From assembly GCA_964016885.1 (NCBI GenBank), contig OZ024743.1:12338001-12402000 (forward strand): a DNA stretch of 64,000 bases. Reading direction: 5' to 3'. A program made the translations under genes and the position numbers. How positions within the stretch are numbered: the stretch's first letter is position 1; the number at the start of each line of letters is the position of its first letter. The stretch comes from Eledone cirrhosa. Lineage: Eukaryota. Positions 13,916 to 24,348 of the stretch are shown here, one piece after another. The notes beneath the pieces are model-generated. The model saw nothing but the letters and a program-made list of their open reading frames with translations. It had not been told where the DNA came from and did not search any database.

Positions 13916-13951
13916 TCTTAACGTTTCAGACACTAGTCCTTCATCAGAAGA
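13916..13951 (-). ncRNA. Minimal (dimer-type) hammerhead motif
   Basis: TCTT-CTGATGA-aGGACtagtGTCT-GAAAC-GTT-AAGA; palindromic AACGTT replaces stem-loop III. Confidence 0.65.
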
Positions 13952-14176
13952 ACCCAGCTTCACATATCCTGGAGCTGGCCATGAAATTGCTATGTGGGTT
14001 TTCATTGAAGTTCTACATATATTTAAGTGCTTATTTCATATTTAAGTATTTATTTCACATTTTACTCAACAGCAATGAAATATCTTTATGAATAAAGAGA
14101 AAGATATAAAATTGTACTGTCAGTAGTCATGGTAGTTACCACCACCACCAATAACCCACACAACACATAATCTACC

Positions 14177-16020
14177 CAGTGCTTATCAACTTTTTAATAT
14201 TTAATATTGAATTTTGAGGCGATAAAATGTTCATACTATATACTTATATTTCAATTGAAAATAAAAGTAACATACTCTGCATAAAACAATATTACTTGAA
14301 ATTAACTCACATTCGTTGCACAAATAAAGATGATAAATTGAAATTATCTTTAATTTAAGTGATATCATTGAGCATAATTTGCAGCACTAAAACCTGATTC
14401 CACAGAATCATAAAAAGCAGATATTTATTTTGCCATAAATTTTGGTATCCACCACTGTTGAAATTACATTGGCATTCTTTATCCCATTTAAGTACTACAA
14501 GTTATTCCTGCCAAGTAACACTAGTCTTGGCAATATTTACATTAAAAAGATTCACCATGAAATTCAAAATGTCACTAAATTATTTTTTCCATATCTAATT
14601 TAAATAATTCTACATAATGATTACATTCCTTCCTCAAATTTTTCAATGAATAATAATAATGAAACATTTTTACAACCTATAAGTATTATACTGGCTCCTT
14701 GAAGCTGCAAATTAATTACATTAAACTTGAAATGCCTGCCAAATAAAAATGCATCATGCTTAATGTTTTTAATTGTTGACAGAATTCAACTTCATTTTCA
14801 TTAAAAAGAAAATTCTATGACGCTATCATATAATTTGAAAAAATGAGTCAAACATATCTTTTGAGAGCCAATGCACTTCTGTGTGTAGCACTAATCTAAC
14901 AAATTGCCCATTAACATCCTGATACAGCAGTTGAAATATCCTATTGTTTTTAGCATTGAATTTTATAGAGACTTTATTTCACATTGCTCCAGTTTACTCA
15001 GCTGTAGAAATGAGATGATAGGGACTGGGGTCCCTATCATTCCACTGCAAAGTGGACGTGTAGGCGCCATGGAAAAAAGCACCCAGCACTCACTGTAAAT
15101 GAGGTTGGTGTTAGGAAGGGCATCCAGCTGTAGAAATCAAGCCAGAATCAGTTCCCGTCCCACCCTTGCAAGCAGGGAAAAGCGGACGTAAAATGATGAT
15201 GATGATGATGATGATTATACTTAATGATTAATAAAGATTTGTACTCAAATGTTTTCCCTGCAAGATGTTGTCTATATACTACACAATACATGCATCAAAC
15301 ATTTGGGACTTCTTTCAAAAATGAAACAAAGCCATGATAATGACCTATCATTAATGGTACTCCATCAGTAACACATGTAGCAATATTTTTCATGGTATAT
15401 TATTTTTGGAAAAGTATGATTTCACAGAAGTAAACGTTAATAATCCTTTTGCATCAGTAAAAATATATAAAGTGAACAGCATTTCTTCTTTGCAATATGT
15501 TGTTTTGATCAAGGGACCATACATATATCAATAAAGCATTATTATCTGCACCGATAAACTCTTTCAACTGCATGGAAAATGGTGGGTTTTGAAGTATAGC
15601 TATACATTTATTTTCAAAGTTAACTGTCGCTTTGCCAATATGTTACTTTAGTGTGATAACATTTGTATAGCTTCATTCAGGTCCTGGTGCATTACTGTTG
15701 AGATTAATTTGTTGATACCATCAAAGATTTTCTAATGCTATGGCTTTTGCCACTTTTTGCGATTAACTGCGTTTAATCCATCTTAGTTCTTTGAACTTTC
15801 TTCCTTAAATGATATTATTCTAGATCCTTTATACAGATCTTCAAAATATTTTGAGTGTTTTATAACAAGATGTTCTTGCAACCATCTAGGTTTCATAGTT
15901 CCATTAGAAAATGTCATATGACACAATAAAACACATTAGAAATTGTTCATTCATAATAAATTTGATGCAGTCCATCTTTAGAAAAGCAGCTACAATCATA
16001 TTTCATTTTTTACGACATGG
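14177..16020 (-). mobile_element. hAT (Charlie/Buster-like) transposon relic, interrupted by a SINE
   Basis: CAGTGCTTATCAAC terminus at 14177; decayed FSNGTMKPRWLQEHL..KH (about 15870-15910) and VESGFSA (about 14385-14405). Confidence 0.65.
14970..15215 (+). mobile_element. 5'-truncated SINE with subfamily C tail
   Basis: Homologous to 23499-23828; (ATG)n tail. Confidence 0.8.
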
Positions 16021-17303
16021 TTTTAATATTTCTTGAGTGAATTATAATTCACTCAAGAAATATTTCTGTTTTGACTTTTGAATAATTATTCAAAAGTCAA
16101 AACAGAAATATACAAAATAATTCAAAATCTCACTGAGGACAATATGTTGCTCCAGCAATATGCAGTTAGCTTTTTGGAAGAAGCTAGATCTATATTTCAT
16201 GGTGTTACAAAATGTAATGATCCATTAATATTGATTTCTAATTTAGACACAAGGTCAACAAATTTGTGAGAACGACAAAGTTGATTAAATCAACTCCAGT
16301 ACATGGCTGGTATTATATTTTATCAGCCCTGGAAGGATGAAAAGTTGAAATTGGTAGGATTTGAATTCAAAATGTAAAGAATGAGAACAAATATTACAAT
16401 GGTATTCTATTTGATGCTCTACCATCTCTGCCGATTCACCATCCCATAATGGTCAATTAATATTAGAATCAAATCTAGTTCTACAGATCCCAAAATATGA
16501 AAACTGTATCATTAAAAAATTTAACAACCCTTAGCTAATTTGTAAACAATTAGTAATGGTTTCTGATTTATGCACAAGGCCAACAATTTTGAGGAAGGGG
16601 AAAGTTGATTAAATCAACCCAGTACATTACTGGTACTTTATTTTATTGACCCCATAAGGATGAAAGGCTAAGCTAACCTTGGCAGGATTTGAACTCAGAA
16701 CATAAAGGACCGTAACTCTAAGCCACAAAGCATATTGTCCGATGCTCTACTGATACTGCCAAGCCACCGTCCTTGTAAACAATTAATAATAAAAAGATGT
16801 ATATGTAGATATGGATTTGGATTCTAGGCATCAAGAACTAGAATGTTGAATCTACATTTACTAAACTACTAAACTGTTGAAATTAAAGAAGTTAGGTTAT
16901 TGGGCTCACAATTGCAATGCCATGGGTTTGATTCCTGAAGCAGGCAGTATGTTGTGTTCTTCAGCAACTTCACTTCATTGTGATACAATATATTCAACTA
17001 AAATGAGAACCACTATCAGCTGGGAGTTAAATTTCCCATATTGTTGCTTAATACCAATGAAACAAAACATGTTGAGGTTCTGTGAGGGTGAATGTATAAC
17101 GTAATTAATCTGACAGGTTTGGACAGAGTTTGTATTTACTTAATTTCACTGACAAGGCACCCAAGGCTATAACAAAAAGCACTTCCTCAAGATGCTACAC
17201 AGTGCAATTGAACCTAGGACTTCATAAATGAGAAGCAAACTTCATAACCGCCCAAGTATGCCACTATGTATATAAACACACACACACACACACACACATA
17301 TAT

Positions 17304-17591
17304 AATATCATAATGAGAGACACACACATACATGTGTATACATACGTACATGTGTATACATACATACATACATATGTATATATATATTTTCACAAGCATG
17401 TAAGTGTATGTGGTGTCGACCTTAACCAGTTTTGCTCTTCGTAATCATAGAGCAAAATTGGTTAAGGTCGACACCATACACACTCACATGCTTGTGAAAA
17501 TATATATACATACGTATGTATGTATACACATGTATTTATGTATACACATGTATGTATACAGATGTATGTGTGTGTTTCTCATTATGATATT
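17304..17591. repeat. Inverted repeat with about 135-bp arms including microsatellite
   Basis: ttttcacaagcatg...gtcgaccttaacc...gctct mirrored by agagc...ggttaaggtcgac...catgcttgtgaaaa. Confidence 0.85.
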
Positions 17592-18039
17592 GTCTCAAAC
17601 TCCCTTATGGTTGAGTTAACCCGAAAGTATAGTAACTGCTTGTTAGAACACTATAACCACTTTCAGTCCACCTTACTACCCACCTGTAACCTCTGTATCA
17701 TGTATTAATTTTTCCCTCTGCCTTTTGAGATATTTTTTCACTTGCTACAAAAGGATTCAGTTCCCTTTCTTGACCGATGTATCACATGGTAATTTCTCCT
17801 TCCACCTTTTGAGATTTTCTCACTTGCTACGAACGTGTCTGGAAGGCATTCTTTTCCTGACTAATTCCTTGAAACGCTGGTGTGCCTCACTTTGCACTTC
17901 TATAATGTACAATTGTTGCAAACTGACCAGCGAAACTGTACAGTCAGGACTTTGAAGAAAAAATAGGTATATATCTGTGTCTATTACTTCTTCTTATTTT
18001 ATAATTTGTTATATATATATTTGTTATATATATATATAT

Positions 18040-18960
18040 ATCAGCAGTGGTGGAGGGTGCTCTGAAAGTACAGTAACGGGATGGAAAAAAAACGGGATGG
18101 AAAAAGTTCAGAGAGCTTATACCACTATTCGCCGCTAAACGTTTCTCTCTAAAAATGAAAGGAAGGCTGTATGATGACTGCATACGAACAGCAATGTTAC
18201 ATGGCAGTGAGACTTGGGCATTGTGTGCAGAGGATATACGCAGACTGGAGAGGAACGAAGCTTGCATGCTCCGTTGGATGTGTAATAGTAATATACTTGT
18301 ACGGCAAAGCATAAATGAACTAAGTGAGAAATTAGGAATAAGAGGGATCAGATGCTGTTTACTCGAGAGAAGACTACGTTGGTATGGTCACATGATGCGC
18401 ATGAAAGACAACAGCTGCATAAAAAAGTGCAGGGCGATCAAAATAGATGGTAGCCACGGTGTAGGCAGACCCAGAAAAACCTGGGACGACTTAATAAATT
18501 CCGACCTCACACACTTACACCTCTCCAAGACAATGTGACTGGGCCGAGATCTTTGGCGCTACGCAGTAATACAGAAGATCCGCCTACAGTCAGTAGGCAC
18601 CTCTTAACAAAAATACACCCCCATCCCACTACCCCCAACCCATCCACACCACCCCTTTCGATGTAAAGTTATGTTGGTACCACAACATCCAGTCCTAAAT
18701 AAATGAGGTCGTGTAGGTGTCACGACAAAAAAACACACAGTCCACGCTGTAATGTGGCCGTGCAGGTAACACGGTAAAAACCTCCGAGTCCACACTGTAA
18801 ACGTGGTTGGTGTTAAGAAGGGCATCCAGCCGTAGAAAACCCGCCAGACAGTCCTATACGAGCAAGACAACCAATCTAATCTTGCCTCAAGTGGGAAAAT
18901 TCCCGTCCAAACCCATGCTAGCGTGGAAGACGGACGTTAAACGATGATGATGATGATGAT

Positions 18961-18961
<1 letters not shown>
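18040..18961 (+). mobile_element. RTE LINE subfamily B, 3' fragment
   Basis: ORF 18155-18538 (RRLRWYGH...GRPRKTW), B-type 3' UTR, (ATG)n tail, (TA)n on both flanks. Confidence 0.9.
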
Positions 18962-18994
<33 letters not shown>

Positions 18995-19092
18995 CACACA
19001 CACATACATTGTTGCTCTGGACAAATGTCCATAGAGCTTTTCTATTGAAAAGCACAAATAACATACATAATTGATATGTTTTGATACCTTAA

Positions 19093-19164
<72 letters not shown>

Positions 19165-19261
19165 GTAGGTCCCGGGTTGAGTCGGGGATAACCACAGTAA
19201 GTAAGGTACTCAATACATGGCAGAGTAAAATTTTTTTATATATTTTTTATTTATTTATTTT

Positions 19262-19375
19262 ATAGAAGGAGCTTCTACAGGACTAGTACTGTTTCATTCA
19301 GATGAAATCTTCAGGAAGCTTCCTGAAGATTTCATCTGAATGAAACAGTACTAGTCCTGTAGAAGCTCCTTCTAT
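19262..19375. repeat. Perfect 114-bp palindrome
   Basis: Centre AG|CT at 19318/19319, no spacer and no mismatch seen. Confidence 0.95.
19317..19367 (+). ncRNA. Type I hammerhead ribozyme motif, intact core (mirror copy at 19270-19320 on the minus strand)
   Basis: AGCTTC-CTGAAGA-tTTCAtcTGAAt-GAAA-CAGtactagtcCTG-TA-GAAGCT: stems I, II and III pair; GUA cleavage site. Confidence 0.8.
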
Positions 19376-19389
19376 TATATATATAGCCC

Positions 19390-21984
19390 TGAAACAGAGG
19401 CCAACCTGGAGAAGAAAGATCTGGAAGCTGAAAGTCCCCTCAACCAGTAACAGATTTAAAGATATTTTACTCAACGCCTACGACAGTAAAGAAGAACAGA
19501 TAGAGACATTTAACGTAGAAGAGAACTGGGAGTTCCTAAAAAATAACTTACTAGAGGCGACGGATGAGGTTTGTGGCTGGAGTAAGACCTCAAGCAGGAG
19601 GAGAGTGACTTGGTGGTGGAACAATAAGGTAGATGAAGCAGTCAAGGCCAAGAGACAGGCATGGAAAGAATGGAAGAACGGGGGGAGCAGGGTACATTAC
19701 ATAGAGACCAAGAGGGAAGCTAGGCGACAAGTATACTTAGCTAGGAGGGAAGCAGAGGATAGAAAATTCAAGCATGTTTTACAACGTGAGGACCAGAAAC
19801 AGGAGGTATTCAAGATTGCGAGGCAGTGTGTCAGAGATAGTTGTGATGTCATTGGAGAGAAGTGTATCCGGAATGATAAAGGTGAGCTTGCCCTCACAAG
19901 TGCTGAGAAGAAAGATGCATGGAAGAGTCATTATGATAGATTACTAAATGAGGAGAATGCATGGGAAGAAGAGACCCTACCCCACGTAGACCCTATAGAG
20001 GGACCAGCAGTACAAGTCAGCGGCAGCGTAGTAAGTAAGGCAATCAGAGATATGAAGATAGGGAAGGCAACCGGTCCATCGGGTATAGCTGCCGAGATGC
20101 TGAAGGCATCTGGGTCTGTAGGTCACACTATAACCACACGTATCGTTAACCAGGTAATACTAGAGGGGGCCATACCAAAAGATTGGTGCAGTAGCATCAT
20201 TGTCAACTGCTACAAAGGTAAAGGCGATGCACTAGATAGAGGAAACTATAGAGGTATAAAGTTGATGGACCAGGTCATGAAAGTAACAGAAAGAGTTATA
20301 GCACAGCTGATTAGGGACCGGGTGAATATAGACGAGATGCAATTTGGGTTTGTACCAGGGAAAGGCACCACTGATGCCCTCTTCCTTGTGAGGCAATTAC
20401 AGGAAAAGTACCTAGCTAAAAGTAAGCCACTCTACTTGGCATTTGTCGACCTTGAGAAAGCCTTTGACAGAGTTCCACGTGCAGTAATCTGGTGGGCTCT
20501 TAGAAAACTAGGAGTAGATGAATGGCTTGTGAAAGCGGTACAAGCCATGTATAGGGGGAGCAGTCAGCAAAGTTAGGATTGGCAATGAGTATAGCGAGGA
20601 ATTTAGCGTACAGGTTGGGGTCCACCAGGGCTCTGTTCTTAGCCCTCTCCTGTTCATCATAGTCCTGCAGGCAATAACGGAGGAGTTTAAGACCGGATGC
20701 CCATGGGAACTCCTGTATGCTGATGACCTCGCACTCATAGCTGAATCTATGGTAGAACTAGAGAATAAATTCCAAACCTGGAAGCAGGGACTAGAGAGAA
20801 AGGGCCTCAAAGTCAACATGACAAAGACTAAGGTCCTTATAAGTAGACGAGAAAACAGAACCCAGATCCCCTCAGGGAAATGGCCTTGCTCAGTATGTAG
20901 GAAAGGTGTAGGTAGGAACTCCATTCTCTGCCCCAAATGCAAACAATGGGTACACAAGAGATGTAGCGGGATCTCAGGAAGCTTAATTAAGAATGTAGGA
21001 TTCACATGCAGCAGCTGTGCTGAAACAGCAAGCAAACAGCCACAGGAAACAAGTACCACCAATCTCTGGGAGGGCCCTGTAGAAACAGTAGACAGCTTCT
21101 GCTACCTAGGTGACCGAATTAGCAACGGAGGTGGGTGCTCAGAAAGTACAATAACTAGGGTAAGAACGGGATGGAAGAAGTTTAGGGAACTACTACCACT
21201 GCTAGCTGCAAAAGGCTTCTCCCTCAGAATGAAAGGCAGACTGTATGATGCGTGTATCCAAACAGCGATGTTGCATGGTAGTGAGACCTGGGCGCTGAAG
21301 GTGGAAGACTTACGTAGATTAGAGAGAAACGAAGCCTGCATGCTCCGATGGATGTGTAACAGTAATATACGTGAACGACAAAGCATAAAGGAATTGAGAG
21401 AGAGACTGAGCATAAGAGGAATCAAATGCTGCGTGTAGGAGAGGCGGTTACGCTGGTATGGACATGTGATGCGTATGAAGGATGACAGCTGCATAAAAAG
21501 GTGCAGAGCACTAGAAGTTGATGGAAACCGCGGAGTGGGGAGACCCAAGATGACTTGGGATGAGGTGATAAAAGCCGACCTTACCCAACTACACCTCTCA
21601 AAGTCAATGACACACGACCGTGACTTCTGGCGTCACGCAGTAATACAGGGTACCCGACCTCCCATGGGTACATGCTGAAGCATATAAACAATATGCCCCC
21701 ACACCCCCCCACCGCAAGGTGGTCGTGGAGGTGCCACGGCAAAAAAGCACCCAGCCCACACTGTAAAGTGGACGTGTAGGCGCCACGAAAAAGCACCCAG
21801 CACTCACTGTAAATGAGGTTGGTGTTAGGAAGGGCATCCAGCTGTAGAAATTAAGCCAGATCAGTTCCTGTATGAGCAAGGCATGGTCAGCCGACCAGAC
21901 ACTGCCCACAACAGGACAACCCGTCTAACCCATGCTAGCATGGAAGAACGGACGTAAAACGGTGATGATGATGATGATGATGAT
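19390..21984 (+). mobile_element. RTE LINE subfamily A, about 2.6 kb, 5'-truncated, young
   Basis: ORFs 19605-20576, 20749-21438 and 21466-21678 join after one frameshift (about 20555) and one stop (21436); full RT with YADD; (ATG)n tail. Confidence 0.95.
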
Positions 21985-21995
21985 ATATATATGTA

Positions 21996-22415
21996 TAGTG
22001 GTTAGAGCATTGGGCTGGCAATCGAAAGTTTGTGAGTTCAATTCTCGGACCAGGTGGTGTGTTGTTTCCTTGAGCAAGACACTTTATTTCACATTGTTCC
22101 AGTTTACTCAGCTGTAGAAATGAGATGATAGGACTGGGGTCCCTATCATTCCACTGCAAAGTGGTCATGGAGGTGCCACGGCAAAAAAGCACCCAGCCCA
22201 TACTGTAAAGTGGACGTGTAGGTGCCACAGAAAAAAAGCACCCAGCTCTCACTGTAAATGAGGTTGGTGTTAGGAAGGGCATCCAGCTGTAGAAATCAAG
22301 CTAGAATCAGTTCCCGTATGAGCAAGACAAAGTCAGCCGACCGCACACTGCCCACAGCAGAACCCGTCTAACCCATGCTAGCGTGGAAGAACGGACGTAA
22401 AACGGCGATGATGAT
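21996..22415 (+). mobile_element. tRNA-derived SINE with RTE subfamily A 3' end
   Basis: Partial A box, B box GTTCAATTC, CORE-like CCTTGAGCAAGACACTTTA; body and tail match the subfamily A 3' UTR. Confidence 0.85.
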
Positions 22416-23498
22416 AGATATATATATGCATGTATAAATATATATATATATATACACATATATATGTATGTATGTATAAATATATATAAAAGCGGACATA
22501 AAAATGATGATGATGATGATGATATACAAACATACAAATGTGTGTGTGTGTGAATAATGCGATGAAGATATCTTTATAATGGAATTGAACATCTGTATTC
22601 AGTCATTCTACATATTTTGTAATGCACACATGCTCTCATATATATATACCTATATAATGCAAGCCATATGTATATATATATAATATATACGTTTGTCATT
22701 CTCTGAATTGACATGAAATCTTTTTATTATTAGGCTAATAAATATACATGGGGGTTCTGTGCTGAATCCAATTTTATAATTGGTTCACACCATCTGGTGC
22801 TTCAAGTAGATCCTGCTAAATTCAAAAACCTAGTATTTAGAATTTCCTACCAATTAAAGATGAAAGCTGGACAGGAAAAAGTATTGGTAGTGGTGGTGGT
22901 GATATCGGTGGTGATGGCTTAGGGATATTTGTTTATTTTTGTGAGAGGGGGGGGGTTACTTTAGTTCAATTTTCATGTTTCTTTTTGTGTGTTTTTTTTT
23001 CATGTTTCTTTTTGTGTGTTTTTTAATGTATTTTTCCAAAATAGGAGAAAAAAAAAATGGTTTCAAATGGAGAAAAATATTTTTTCAAAAATCATTAATT
23101 CAAATTGTTTGTGTGATAATAACTTTGGAAACAGCCAGAAGAGGAAATTCTAACTAAAAATAAACTGAAGGAGATGCCAGCTGTTTTAACAGAATGCGAA
23201 GAACTTTGCCATCAACTACAATTGCTGCTGTTGCAATAAAATAATGACAATAGTTTTTTTATTGTTGTTTTTTTTTATCATAGAATAGTATAGATTAAAG
23301 ACATGATTGAGTGGTTAAGAAATTTACTTTATAACCATATGGTTTCAAGTTCATTCTCAACTGGGTTAAGTATCTTCTACATTTTAGTCACAGTGTGAAT
23401 GAAAACTGCGAAAAGCCGTTGTTTGAAATCAAACAGTTCTAGTCATATAGATGTCATTTTTATATGAAATAAATATGTACCTTCTCTAGTAATGTATT

Positions 23499-23828
23499 CA
23501 TCATCATTTTATGTCCACTTTTCCTTGCTTGCAAGGGTGGGACGGGAACTGATTCTGGCTTGATTTCTACAGCTGGATGCCCTTCCTAACACCAACCTCA
23601 TTTACAGTGAGTACTGGGTGCTTTTTGCTGTGGCACCTCCACGACCACTTTGCAGTGGAATGATAGGGACTCCAGTCCCTATCATCTCATTTCTACAACT
23701 GAGTAAACTGGAGCAATGTGAAATAAAGTGTCTTGCTCAAGGAAACAACACATCACCCGGTGTGAGAATTGAACTCACAACCTTTCGATTGCAAGCCCAA
23801 TGCTCTAACCACTAAACCATGTGCCTCC
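23499..23828 (-). mobile_element. tRNA-derived SINE with RTE subfamily C tail
   Basis: A/B boxes, CORE-like segment, tail CCCGTCCCACCCTTGCAAGC...(ATG)n. Confidence 0.85.
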
Positions 23829-23894
23829 ATCAGTATTGAGTACCTTAATTAACTGTGGCTTCCTTCTATTCCTCTTTGGAAAACCATTCTTCAT

Positions 23895-24044
<150 letters not shown>

Positions 24045-24348
24045 GTGAAGAATAAGTAAGCATAATGGTTTTTTGCAACAATTTATTTAGATATTTTCCA
24101 TTACAAATGCTTCAACGGATTTGACAGCTATGCCATGTATCAATCTGGCCTCTTCATATAAAATGTGTGTGTGTGTGTGTCTAATCATCGTTATTACCAA
24201 TTTTTTTTGTCTGGCATAAAGTGAATGTGTCCTTACAGACAGTCCTCCTAGACCTGTCTTGCTTAAATACATTCCAGTTTTGGCATGGTTTTTACAGCTG
24301 GATGTCCTTCCTAATGTCAACCAATATATATATATTTACATATATATA

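Noticed and set aside
20508-21548. Long antisense ORFs recurring at each RTE copy (e.g. MVVLVSCGCLL..., MGLPTPRF...)
   Set aside because: Shadow frames of the RT ORF; they recur only because the LINE is repeated and have no recognisable domain
22553-22610. Hammerhead-like ATGAAGA...GAAC...GTC
   Set aside because: Core mismatched and stem I out of register
24085-24165. Degenerate hammerhead on the minus strand (ATGAAGA...GAAG)
   Set aside because: Two core mismatches and weak stems; not distinguishable from chance
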